Virus record (IMG/VR): IMGVR_UViG_3300045988_165974
Span: 74,244 to 138,243 of that record
Origin: a virus
Length of the DNA stretch: 64,000 nt
Strand: one strand, 5' to 3'
The notes under the pieces were generated by a model, which worked only from the letters and a program-made list of their open reading frames with translations, searched no databases and was not told the origin of the DNA. Numbering within the stretch: the stretch's first letter is position 1; every line of letters begins with the position of its first letter. A program made the translations under genes and the position numbers. Below, piece after piece: positions 54,250 to 63,685 of the stretch.

Positions 54250-56649
54250 CTAACTAATAGTTATTCCTTCAAATATTGTAGCATAAGGCGCAGTCCCATT
54301 ACCTTTTGCAAATCCAATTTTCACATAATGTGTATTTGCATCTAATTGATAATTCACATAAGACTTAGCAAAACTTCTCTTTATGAAAATTTTTTTTTCA
54401 TCATATTCAACTAATCTTAAATTATTTATACTATCAGATACATCTCTTGACACATTTATTGTAATTGTTCCTTGTTTTTCTATGTAATTCTTTAATAGCG
54501 CATTATCATTTGACTCTACAAATTCTCCGTTGTCATTTATATAGCCTTTTAAGTAATTAGGCATACCTGTAACTGTTACATTACAAGTTGCCGTTTGACT
54601 ACCACAGATAACAGTTATAACACAGCTACCATTATCAATTGGAGTTACAACTCCTTTTTTTACCGTACATATTCCAGTAGGAGATACACTCATAATAACT
54701 TTATCAGTTGTATTGTATGGAATTAATGTTACTTTTAATGTTTGTGAGTCTGTTGTATTGATTCCTAATGAAGTATCACTTAATGCTAAACCTGTACAAG
54801 CAATAGTATCTTTTGACAATTTATAATATTTATCATTAATGTCTACAATTAAATCATTCAAATCCCCATCATTAATTGCAGATGCTGAACTTAAAATTAA
54901 TTTTATATATTTTGTATTTGTTTGCAAGCTATCAACCCCTGATACTACTTTTTTACCTGGCAAACCACTTCCAATATAGTTATAATTTTCATCATAACAT
55001 CTAATTACATGAGTAATTAGATTATTATTTACATCAGAATTTATAGAAACCGATGTCGTATCTACAGAAATATAATTTGTTCTTACATCCATCGTTGAAA
55101 TTTCTTCAACGCCTGTTTTATAATTTATAGTACCTAATTCATAATATAAACTTTCACCATCCGTAATAATTTCTTGATTTTCCATAACAGTATCCATATA
55201 TACAAATCTTTTATTTGCCCAATCTAATATATAAGTTTTAGGGTCTGTTATTTGGTTGCCATCAAAATTAGTACCAGTATATTTTACTTCATAGTTTTTT
55301 GCTAACCAAACATCAGATACATTACCTAGAACATGATTTATACTATCTTCAACTTGTTCAGCTGTAAATAAAGTTGTTCTTAATTCTTTATATTTAGCAA
55401 TTATTTCAGATTTAAAATTCTTCCATAATTTATCAAATAATCTACTGGTTTTACAGCCAAAAGAACTTAATTCTATATTTGTGCTACTTTTACCAACATT
55501 ATAAGTAGTACCAAATGCATAATCCATATCCCAAAACGTAGCATACCATTTAGCTTTATCTGGGAAATATAACATATTAAAGTTTTTAGCTTTACTATCA
55601 ATCATTGCACAAGTATACATGATTACAAAATAATTTATAAGATATTCTCTATCAAAATATGTTTCTAAGTTAGCTATAAACTCTTCGTCACTTACTTCAC
55701 TCACCCATTGTATTGCGTTATATAATACATCTGGGTGATTAGAAGTTTTATCCCATACTCTATCTTCCCAGTAATAATCAATCTCTGCATGGGCATCTGT
55801 AAAATTTTTGCCTGCATTACTACCACTATTTAAATTTCCATAAATGAATGCTCCAGAATTATCTCCATTATTTGAACCGTTATTAAGTCCAATTTGATAA
55901 CAAAGGTCTGCTTGTTGTGTAACAGAACCATCTTCTCCTAATACTTCTTCATTTAGGTTATATACTTTATCATCTTGTTTCAAGTTCCAGAAGTAAATTC
56001 CTACAAATTCATTATTTACATAAAGAAGTATCGGAAATCCATCAACAGTATATCTAGCGCCTGTTCTAGGCAAAGGTGTTAAATATTGATAAGATTTAGT
56101 AACATAATGCATCATTAAATTGTTCATTATATTAGTCCCTTCACCAAAGTTACATTTTAAATGATAATTATTTGTTTTATGCCAATCTTTAAATTGTCGG
56201 TTATTTTTAGTAGTTCTAGATTCATCTGTAAATAATTTTATTTTATAATTCTTTTTAGGAAATGAAAGTGACCCACTTCCTTGATAAGATATAGTAGCAT
56301 AATCTGTAAAGTTTATATTATTCAATTCATCATTGAAATTACAAGTTACATTTTTATAATTGTCAGCACTAATACCAGTTAAATCACCTACTACATTAAC
56401 AATAGGTAATTTTTCAACTAAATCTGATAAAGTATAACCTAATTTATTTAGTAATTTTAAGAATAAATCATTTTCACCTAAATTAGGATTTACATTCTCT
56501 ATTTTCTTCGCAATATCTTTAAATTGCGAATCAATTTCTGTAAACTTAGTTGTATTTGATTTTCCGTTTTCATCTATAACTAAATTTGGTGAAGTGTATG
56601 GATAATCATATCCATCTTTTCCTTTTCTAGTTTTCATCTTTTTTCCCAT
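54250..56649 (-). CDS. Tail fibre / receptor-binding protein with a CotH kinase-like domain and a Big_2-like Ig domain
   Basis: ...KKNYKIKLF...NYHLKCNFGEGTNIMNNLMMHYV...VDGFPILLYVNNEFVGIYFW...NFNMLYF...WDMDYAFG is the CotH pattern. ...LKVTLIPYNTTDKVIMSVSP...CVITVICGSQTATCNVTV is Ig-like. Confidence 0.75.
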   Translation of the reverse strand: MGKKMKTRKGKDGYDYPYTSPNLVIDENGKSNTTKFTEIDSQFKDIAKKIENVNPNLGENDLFLKLLNKLGYTLSDLVEKLPIVNVVGDLTGISADNYKNVTCNFNDELNNINFTDYATISYQGSGSLSFPKKNYKIKLFTDESRTTKNNRQFKDWHKTNNYHLKCNFGEGTNIMNNLMMHYVTKSYQYLTPLPRTGARYTVDGFPILLYVNNEFVGIYFWNLKQDDKVYNLNEEVLGEDGSVTQQADLCYQIGLNNGSNNGDNSGAFIYGNLNSGSNAGKNFTDAHAEIDYYWEDRVWDKTSNHPDVLYNAIQWVSEVSDEEFIANLETYFDREYLINYFVIMYTCAMIDSKAKNFNMLYFPDKAKWYATFWDMDYAFGTTYNVGKSSTNIELSSFGCKTSRLFDKLWKNFKSEIIAKYKELRTTLFTAEQVEDSINHVLGNVSDVWLAKNYEVKYTGTNFDGNQITDPKTYILDWANKRFVYMDTVMENQEIITDGESLYYELGTINYKTGVEEISTMDVRTNYISVDTTSVSINSDVNNNLITHVIRCYDENYNYIGSGLPGKKVVSGVDSLQTNTKYIKLILSSASAINDGDLNDLIVDINDKYYKLSKDTIACTGLALSDTSLGINTTDSQTLKVTLIPYNTTDKVIMSVSPTGICTVKKGVVTPIDNGSCVITVICGSQTATCNVTVTGMPNYLKGYINDNGEFVESNDNALLKNYIEKQGTITINVSRDVSDSINNLRLVEYDEKKIFIKRSFAKSYVNYQLDANTHYVKIGFAKGNGTAPYATIFEGITIS
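56502..56535. repeat. Fibre box b: TTCGCAAT-ATCTTTAA-ATTGCGAA (complete inverted repeat, inside CotH codons ~39-47)
   Basis: Arms at 56507-56514 and 56523-56530, spacer at 56515-56522. Confidence 0.8.
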
Positions 56650-56669
56650 ATGATTTCCTCCTTTATATT

Positions 56670-56698
56670 AAAGAAAGAGCAGATTGATTTCTGCTCTT
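56670..56698 (-). terminator. Intrinsic terminator between the SGNH and CotH fibre genes
   Basis: AGAGCAG (56676-56682) pairs with CTGCTCT (56691-56697). T-rich downstream on the - strand. Confidence 0.6.
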
Positions 56699-56717
56699 GT
56701 ATTGTTTAAATTTTATT

Positions 56718-56746
56718 TTAATAATATTTTTAAATTGCGAACTTAT
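56718..56746. repeat. Fibre box c: half site, spacer ATTTTTAA plus arm ATTGCGAACTTAT, non-coding
   Basis: Spacer at 56726-56733 and arm at 56734-56746. It lies 8 nt 3' of the SGNH gene stop. Confidence 0.75.
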
Positions 56747-56753
56747 TTATATT

Positions 56754-58442
56754 TTATAACCATGTTAACATCCAATTATAAACAGGTATAGCTATGCCAT
56801 ATAAATGTCCTAAATCATTAGGGTGCACTGCTCCAGTGGCTTCCCCTGTAGCTTCTGTTCCATCTGCATAATATGTAGAAACATTAGTATTATTATAAGG
56901 TCTTAATACTGGATTTTGATGATAAATATCTAAGAATGGTATCCCTAAATCTTCACACACATATTTTTGTGCAGTTACATAATCACTATACCAACCATGA
57001 CCATATGATTTAGGATTGTTAGACCAATACTTTGTTATATCATTATCTCTAGGTGTACTTGAAATCATACCTATTTTTGCTTTAGGATATTTTTCAATTA
57101 AATCTTCCAATAATCTCCTTACTATTCCATATTCAGAAAACACTGTTTTATCATCAGTTTTTTCACCTACAACAGGAGGAACACCATTTTTCGCATTATC
57201 ACCACCATCGGGATAAATATCTATAAATCCACCTCCACCACCTGTTCCATCATTCTGATTTCCCATTATGAGTATAATATCGGGATTGGCAGGGTAAAGA
57301 GTAGACCATTTATTTTCTATACGATAAATAGTAGAACCTCTTTGATAATAATTTTTAGCAAATCCAGTTCCTCCTTGTCCGTCATTGTGGATAGTTAAAC
57401 CTAACCATTCAGCTAAATATTCATGCCATACTTTTGTAGCAGTTGAATTTTTTTCTACAATACTATCTCCACCAACAATCATAACCTTGCTTTTAAATCT
57501 ATTTATATTATCAAAACTTGGTAAATTTAGTGCTTTTTGAAATTTTTCTTTATACCCTGTATTAAAATCAAAACTACCCTCTGATTGTTCATCTGATGAT
57601 AATTCTACTGTTACTGTTTTTGCACAAGCGAATCTGAAATAAGTAGCATTATATGTGTCTAAATTTTCAAATACAGTTGTATTCTTATTATAAGAAGAAT
57701 AATTAATTTGTTGTATAAATGTTTTATTAGCATCAAACAAATTAATACTATTAATTGTATTTGAAGAACAAGTAATTGTTAATTTTGTAAATGAAATAGG
57801 TAAATATTGAGTGACCTTATAATTACCATTCACAAATTCATTACCATTAGAAATAGAATATCCTTCTTTCCATTCTATTTCATCAACCCCCGTACTTGCT
57901 TGCGTTTCTATTAGAAATGATGTTTTATTAGGAGTTACTGTTCCATCCCCTACTGTTAATGCAGATAAAGTTCCATCGTCTATTTTAGATTGAATTATAT
58001 TTGTTAATTGTTCATCTGTAACAACTGCTGTAGGAATTTCAACAGTTGCTATTTGAGTACCATCATTCATAAGTTTAAGTGTTTGCCCACTCATACTCAT
58101 AGTTATTTTGGATAAGTCTACATCACTTCCACCTATTTCGATTCCATCACCTATAAGCGTTCCATCTTGTTTCTTGATATATACTTTTCCGTCAGAATGT
58201 TTTGTAAGAGATAAGTTCGCAATATCTTTAAATTTATCGTTTACTTCATTTATTGCAGGTATTATTTTTTTATTATCTGTTTCTAGCGTATCATGTTCAC
58301 TATCTGATATTCCTTCCATAGAAGTGTCATCTTCAATTAGATTAATCTGATTTTCTTTTACTGTTTCAATATCTGTTCTAGCTTTAGCGTCTTTAAGATT
58401 AATTTCTATTCCATTTATCTCAATTGATTTTGCATCTGCCAA
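56754..58442 (-). CDS. Tail fibre/spike protein with a C-terminal SGNH/GDSL esterase domain
   Basis: ...VMIVGGDSIVE... (GDS), ...GQGGTGF..., ...IMGNQNDG..., ...VHPNDLGH... (DxxH). Confidence 0.75.
   Translation of the reverse strand: MADAKSIEINGIEINLKDAKARTDIETVKENQINLIEDDTSMEGISDSEHDTLETDNKKIIPAINEVNDKFKDIANLSLTKHSDGKVYIKKQDGTLIGDGIEIGGSDVDLSKITMSMSGQTLKLMNDGTQIATVEIPTAVVTDEQLTNIIQSKIDDGTLSALTVGDGTVTPNKTSFLIETQASTGVDEIEWKEGYSISNGNEFVNGNYKVTQYLPISFTKLTITCSSNTINSINLFDANKTFIQQINYSSYNKNTTVFENLDTYNATYFRFACAKTVTVELSSDEQSEGSFDFNTGYKEKFQKALNLPSFDNINRFKSKVMIVGGDSIVEKNSTATKVWHEYLAEWLGLTIHNDGQGGTGFAKNYYQRGSTIYRIENKWSTLYPANPDIILIMGNQNDGTGGGGGFIDIYPDGGDNAKNGVPPVVGEKTDDKTVFSEYGIVRRLLEDLIEKYPKAKIGMISSTPRDNDITKYWSNNPKSYGHGWYSDYVTAQKYVCEDLGIPFLDIYHQNPVLRPYNNTNVSTYYADGTEATGEATGAVHPNDLGHLYGIAIPVYNWMLTWL
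58211..58239. repeat. Fibre box d: half site, arm ATAAGTTCGCAAT plus spacer ATCTTTAA, inside SGNH codons ~70-77
   Basis: Arm at 58211-58223 (the exact reverse complement of 56734-56746) and spacer at 58224-58231. Confidence 0.75.
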
Positions 58443-58946
58443 TTAAATCACTTCCTTTATTTTTTCAGAATTATTATCATAATCTATCTTACCTGTAATA
58501 ATAATTTTTTCTTCATTTGGATTATATTCTAATTTAATACTTCCACTCGGAATATCTGGAGTAGTTCCTTCTGACATGATATCCCTATTCACCTCATATA
58601 AAAATGTATTTAAAGGAACGACTTTTTCAGTTGTTGATTTATCTTCAATAATAATTTGACAAGAATATTTTCCTTCAATATTTTTATATTTATCTTCTAA
58701 ATTACAGTAATATAAATTATTGTTTTTGTCATATTTTGTAAGCTCTTTCTTTAACACATCTCCCTTTGGATTTTTTATATATAAAGTTGTTTTAAAATTT
58801 GTTAAATCAATCTTAAATCCATTTCTTGTAATATTAATATAAAAATCACTTGTTTGATTATCACTTAAAGAGAACTCCATTTTTAAACCATTTTCTTTTC
58901 TTGAGATTAAATCTAAATAAATAGCTTTGTATTTTTTATTTAGCAT
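58443..58946 (-). CDS. Hypothetical tail-associated protein
   Basis: The start is taken at Met-7 (58946), behind an AGAGGTGA RBS. Confidence 0.55.
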   Translation of the reverse strand: MLNKKYKAIYLDLISRKENGLKMEFSLSDNQTSDFYINITRNGFKIDLTNFKTTLYIKNPKGDVLKKELTKYDKNNNLYYCNLEDKYKNIEGKYSCQIIIEDKSTTEKVVPLNTFLYEVNRDIMSEGTTPDIPSGSIKLEYNPNEEKIIITGKIDYDNNSEKIKEVI

Positions 58947-58956
58947 ACAATCACCT

Positions 58957-59382
58957 CTATTCATTTATAGCTTTACTTATTTTTATTTTTTCAGAATCAC
59001 TATCGTAAGTTGCATTGATAGATTGTCCTTTAGGCACAAATGTTTTAGTGGTTTCTCCTATTGTAACAACAAGTTCTCCATCTTCATTAAAAGAAAGAAT
59101 ATTTTTTATTAATTTAGATATGTCAACATTTCCTGCAATTTGCTTTAATATTTCACTATCGTCAATATTATAAAGACAATCTGCATACATTTCTTTTTCT
59201 TCAATTGTCTTTGGAATTGGTAAATTTGTTTTTTTAAGTAAATCTATTAAATCATTATCTGATATTCCATAGGATTTGACTGTTTGATATATTTTATAAA
59301 ATTGTTTATTATTTTTAGGATAATCTAAATTTCCATAACTTTGTCCGTATTTGTCATTAAAATACTTTAATAATTTTATCAC
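58957..59382 (-). CDS. Hypothetical tail-associated protein
   Basis: 141-aa ORF with an AAGGAGG RBS. Confidence 0.55.
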   Translation of the reverse strand: MIKLLKYFNDKYGQSYGNLDYPKNNKQFYKIYQTVKSYGISDNDLIDLLKKTNLPIPKTIEEKEMYADCLYNIDDSEILKQIAGNVDISKLIKNILSFNEDGELVVTIGETTKTFVPKGQSINATYDSDSEKIKISKAINE

Positions 59383-59395
59383 TTAATATCCTCCT

Positions 59396-60871
59396 TTATT
59401 TTGTATTTCTAAAAATTTCTATCCATTTGTCATTAAAAAACATAAATCCGATAGATTCTCCTTTAGATATTGTTACCTCACTACTATCTCTTAGTTGAAT
59501 ATAAGTATTATTTGAAAAAACTTTATTTGCATTTCCGTATATATAAACAATAACGACTTGTCCATTTGTTCCATTTAAAAAATTAGTTATAGATTCACTA
59601 GTCCAACTCATTATTACATTGCAATTTCTAACGTCTGGAGTTGGGTTGTTATTTGCATGTCTATATGCTAAAGATAAAGGATTTAAAGTTGTTACACTAT
59701 TATTCATATTTATATCTTGATTCTTTTTTAAAGGGTGAGATAAGGTATTCCCAAGTAAAGAAAAAGCAGACTCTTCGTGTCCGCCTCCTGCATTTGTTTC
59801 TGTTCCGATAATAATGTCTTCATTAGTATTAATAATTCTATTGCCAGAGATTGTCCCTGACATAATTATTCCTTCAATGCATATGCCATATTCTTGACCC
59901 CATATTAATGAATTCACAATATTTAAACATCTATTATAAGTACCACCACAATAAATCGCATATGTTTGAGATGTTTTATTTGAATTATTTTCAATGTAAC
60001 AGTTGTTGAAAGATATTTCATCAAAATCAAACAATTTCACAGCATATTGTATTGTGATATCTATATTTCTACAATTATTTTCAAAATTACAATTATTAAA
60101 AGATATTGTTTTAAATGTTTCAGCATTCCCTCCATCAAGAAAAATAGCATTAGTTTGTGAGTTTCTTATGTATATATTATTAAATGTTAATAAATTTTTT
60201 GCTCCATTCCCATTTATATTTAATCCACTATAGCAATTTTCTATCCAAAAATTTTCAAATATAGACCAAATACATCTACCTTCCATGTTTATTCCATATT
60301 TAAATCCATTTTGTATAATGATGTTATTAAATGCATGTCTATCATTTTCTTTTTCTCCAATAAAAGAAATTGCATTAACCGAAGAAAAATTTGAATTATT
60401 TCTTAATGTAAAATTTGAAAATAAGTTATTATTTATATTTTCATTTACTGAATTTAATTCTAAACAAAAAGTATTACTCGAAGGAACAAAAATTGTATTC
60501 GCAATGTTCTGTCCTCTAAAAGATATTCCTGATTTATTTATGCTTAAAGTGAATTTATATATTCCGTTTGGGAAATATAAATTTTTATATCCATTATTGA
60601 TTAATTTTAATAAAATTCCAGAATTATCTGTCTCTCCATCATTTTTTACTCCATAATTTAACACATTAATATATTCAAAATCATCTTTTATTTTATCAAT
60701 AATAGATTTTTTAGATATAACAGGAAGAGATATTCCCTTTCCTATTTTATTACCTAAATCATCTATTAAAAACAAATCATTATTATTACTACTTAATTTT
60801 AAATCATTTACAGAATCTTTTATATATTGTTTTCTTCTTGATACATAAATTTCATTGGGCATTTTTTTCAC
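59396..60871 (-). CDS. Tailspike with a right-handed beta-helix (pectate_lyase_3-like) depolymerase domain
   Basis: ...INVLNYGVKNDGETDNSGILLKLINNGYKNLYFPNGIYKF..., followed by repeated N-rich beta-helix rungs. Confidence 0.7.
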   Translation of the reverse strand: MKKMPNEIYVSRRKQYIKDSVNDLKLSSNNNDLFLIDDLGNKIGKGISLPVISKKSIIDKIKDDFEYINVLNYGVKNDGETDNSGILLKLINNGYKNLYFPNGIYKFTLSINKSGISFRGQNIANTIFVPSSNTFCLELNSVNENINNNLFSNFTLRNNSNFSSVNAISFIGEKENDRHAFNNIIIQNGFKYGINMEGRCIWSIFENFWIENCYSGLNINGNGAKNLLTFNNIYIRNSQTNAIFLDGGNAETFKTISFNNCNFENNCRNIDITIQYAVKLFDFDEISFNNCYIENNSNKTSQTYAIYCGGTYNRCLNIVNSLIWGQEYGICIEGIIMSGTISGNRIINTNEDIIIGTETNAGGGHEESAFSLLGNTLSHPLKKNQDINMNNSVTTLNPLSLAYRHANNNPTPDVRNCNVIMSWTSESITNFLNGTNGQVVIVYIYGNANKVFSNNTYIQLRDSSEVTISKGESIGFMFFNDKWIEIFRNTK

Positions 60872-60873
60872 CT

Positions 60874-62304
60874 CTATTCTATCCTTAATAATTTAGGATT
60901 CCAGATATAACCTGTACTATCTTTTATTGTAGATATGTAAATATAAATATAAACATTTTCAAAATTATTCGTAATTTCAAACTCTACTCCATTACCTAAA
61001 TCCCAACCTAATAAAGTTTCATCACTTGCTTTTCTTATTGCTAATCCCCATGTTGTTCCAGTTGTAACATCTGCTCTTAGTGGACATCCACTTAAAGAAT
61101 ACTTTCCTTTCTTAAGAGAAATCGGATAAGACTTATTCGTAATGTAAAAAGTCGTTTCAACAGTTGGAGTTCCTGTTGTTGTAATTTGACCTGTTTCAAA
61201 CACATTAAATGTAACACCGTTTAAAACAGTTTCTCCAACATCTCCACTTCTATATGAATTAGATATTAAGTTTATATTTGAAACTTCTGAAATTGACTCT
61301 CTCGGTCTATAATCGGGTCTGCAACAGAAAACAATATCACTTCTTGAAGTTGATTTAGTTCTAATACAAACTCCTTCATAACTTGTTACATTATAATATT
61401 CAAAATAAGTAACTTTTCCACTAGAATTTCTTTGTATGTAACTTTCTTCTGCAACTATTCCCACATGAGAAATATTTTTAAATCTATTATTTATATGGTA
61501 AGTCCCATCTTCGTTTTTAGCTGCATGAAAAGTTAAATCTCCAGGCATAACTTCTGTTATATCAATTAATCTACCTGAACAATAAAAATACTCTGCCAAG
61601 TCTGCAGCATATCTAATTTTCCCATTTGAGAAATTACTTGCAGATTGATTCATAAGAGACGAAAAATTATAACTATAATCAGTCCTTGGAATAATAGTAG
61701 AGGCATTTATTGATTTATTCCCTTGTCCTGATATTTTATGATAAGGAGAATGTATATAATCAATTCCTAACAAATATAATAATACATATGTAGAGCAATC
61801 TATATAGCAATCTCCATTTGCATTTGTAAGTTTTCCTTCAAATATTGTATCTCCACCACTATAAATAAATTTTACTTTTCCACTTACTCTTGCATCCCAA
61901 TAGCTTCTTGCGACTTTTAAAGCTTCATTTGCATATGCTCCAGTCCAAATTGGTTTTTCATATTTTACTTCAACTATTTTATCTGCCGTTCCTCGAACTC
62001 CAAATATATAATTTCCAACAGTTCTTCCTCTAGCAATATTTTCTGCTTTTAAATTGTTATCTCCTTGCACTGTTATATTCCCATTTAAATAAACTCCTCC
62101 ACTAATAACTTGATTACTAGTTGAAGGAGTTATTGTACTTCCTACCTTAGATTTTATTGGTCCACTTATTGTCCCATTTTCGATATATGCCATTTTTTTT
62201 ATTTCATCTGCAAAATTGTTTCCAACAATAGTTTCTGTTGTTCCCTTAACGCTTCTAATGGCATTTGCTATTTCTTTTAATTTCTCTTTTATTTGTATTA
62301 TCAT
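60874..62304 (-). CDS. Tail protein with an NlpC/P60-type cysteine peptidase domain
   Basis: ...CYIDCSTYVLLYLLG... (Cys) and ...PGDLTFHAAKN...ISHVGIVAEE (His). Confidence 0.65.
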   Translation of the reverse strand: MIIQIKEKLKEIANAIRSVKGTTETIVGNNFADEIKKMAYIENGTISGPIKSKVGSTITPSTSNQVISGGVYLNGNITVQGDNNLKAENIARGRTVGNYIFGVRGTADKIVEVKYEKPIWTGAYANEALKVARSYWDARVSGKVKFIYSGGDTIFEGKLTNANGDCYIDCSTYVLLYLLGIDYIHSPYHKISGQGNKSINASTIIPRTDYSYNFSSLMNQSASNFSNGKIRYAADLAEYFYCSGRLIDITEVMPGDLTFHAAKNEDGTYHINNRFKNISHVGIVAEESYIQRNSSGKVTYFEYYNVTSYEGVCIRTKSTSRSDIVFCCRPDYRPRESISEVSNINLISNSYRSGDVGETVLNGVTFNVFETGQITTTGTPTVETTFYITNKSYPISLKKGKYSLSGCPLRADVTTGTTWGLAIRKASDETLLGWDLGNGVEFEITNNFENVYIYIYISTIKDSTGYIWNPKLLRIE

Positions 62305-62849
62305 TAATATCCCTCTTCCATAATTTTATTTATAGAATTATAGATTTCTATTAATGCATCTTCTGTATTTGTGGCATCAAAGATATTTGCAGTATCTTTT
62401 ATTTTTAACTTAGTAGCATCAGGAAGTTTTTCATCTATTTCTGTTGAAATAAATGATTTTAGATTATTTTGAATATCTATTTTTAAAGCATTTATTTCTT
62501 GAGTAGTATAATAATCTACTCCTTTAATTGGGGTTTTCCCGTCTTCTCCACTTTCACCTTTAGGAATACCAAAGGAAATAATAGGATTTTCCGCAGTTCC
62601 TTCAATTGTAGCATAAGCACTTAAAGTTGGACTTAAAGTTGTAACATTTCCTATTTTGATGTTTGGAGTAACACCATTATCTCCTTTTTTACCATTTGTT
62701 CCGTCTTTTCCTTTAAGTTCTACAAAAGTATAATCGGCATCTCCCTCTTGCTTAATTCCTAAAGCTGTTCCTTGCCACATGAAATATAAAGATTTTCCTA
62801 TTCCTTTGTTTCCTACATCTCTAGGGATAATATAAATTTTATCACTCAT
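62304..62849 (-). CDS. Tail fibre protein with short collagen-like G-x-x stretches
   Basis: ...GKDGTNGKKGDNGVTP... and ...GESGEDGKTPIKGVDYYT... The start is taken at Met-11 (62849), behind an AGGGAGTGA RBS. Confidence 0.6.
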   Translation of the reverse strand: MSDKIYIIPRDVGNKGIGKSLYFMWQGTALGIKQEGDADYTFVELKGKDGTNGKKGDNGVTPNIKIGNVTTLSPTLSAYATIEGTAENPIISFGIPKGESGEDGKTPIKGVDYYTTQEINALKIDIQNNLKSFISTEIDEKLPDATKLKIKDTANIFDATNTEDALIEIYNSINKIMEEGY

Positions 62850-62860
62850 AATATCACTCC

Positions 62861-63676
62861 CTAATATTTTATAATCCAATCTCCAATATAATACAATTCT
62901 ATTGCATAATAACCCTTTTCCAATTTAATCGTATTTATTGAAGATGTTGATTTAAATGAAACTGAGACTGTTTGCAAGCAGTTTAAAAACAATATAAACT
63001 TACTATTATATGTTGCACTCGGTAATTTTATAGTAACTTCATTCTCAACTTCTGCTTGTTGGTATTTTGAACTATCTAAAGTAATAACTCCGTCCACGAT
63101 TGTCTTTACAGATATTTTATTATCAAATAACATATCAAAAGCATTTTCGTATTGATTTAATTTTTCACTAGAGATAACATTTTTATCTCCCCATGTTTTC
63201 TTATTGAAAGTGCCATCATTATTTAAAACACTCATATTTGAGCTATTACCACTCGAGTAGGCACTATTGGATAAACTATTGTCAACTTTGTCAGAACTGC
63301 CTACATTCTTTCCTAGAGGTTCTGATACATAAAATTGATTATGTATAATCGGAATACTAATTTTTGAATCCTCACTATCAAATAAAGAAAATTGGAAAGA
63401 ATATCCTCCAACTTCAATACTTTCATCTATTATGTCTTCAGATATTTTTACAACAATTTCTCCTTCTTCAATTGTTGGATTTAAAAAAACTGTGTCCATA
63501 TTTGGTTTCAATAAAGTCATTTCAACTTTTGTAAAATTAGTTTTACTTTTAAAACCAAATTTATCTATATTAAAAATCAAAGAGACATCTTTATCTCCTC
63601 TAGTTAATAAGATATCTTTATCTAATGTTGCACTTGCTCCACTGATTCTTACTTCATATCTATTATAAATTGCCAT
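62861..63676 (-). CDS. Baseplate/fibre-associated protein (BppU_N-like N-terminus, weak)
   Basis: 271-aa ORF. The N-terminus reads MAIYNRYEVRISGASATLDKDILLTRGDKDVSLIFNI... Confidence 0.5.
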   Translation of the reverse strand: MAIYNRYEVRISGASATLDKDILLTRGDKDVSLIFNIDKFGFKSKTNFTKVEMTLLKPNMDTVFLNPTIEEGEIVVKISEDIIDESIEVGGYSFQFSLFDSEDSKISIPIIHNQFYVSEPLGKNVGSSDKVDNSLSNSAYSSGNSSNMSVLNNDGTFNKKTWGDKNVISSEKLNQYENAFDMLFDNKISVKTIVDGVITLDSSKYQQAEVENEVTIKLPSATYNSKFILFLNCLQTVSVSFKSTSSINTIKLEKGYYAIELYYIGDWIIKY

Positions 63677-63685
63677 ATTCCCACC

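Noticed and set aside
54019-58239. Invertible (shufflon or Gin/Cin-like) tail-fibre switch
   Set aside because: All four boxes carry the asymmetric spacer in the same orientation, and all fibre segments are on one strand. There are no oppositely oriented promoterless alternative 3' segments. Excision, integration or deletion is the only site-specific outcome compatible with the layout.
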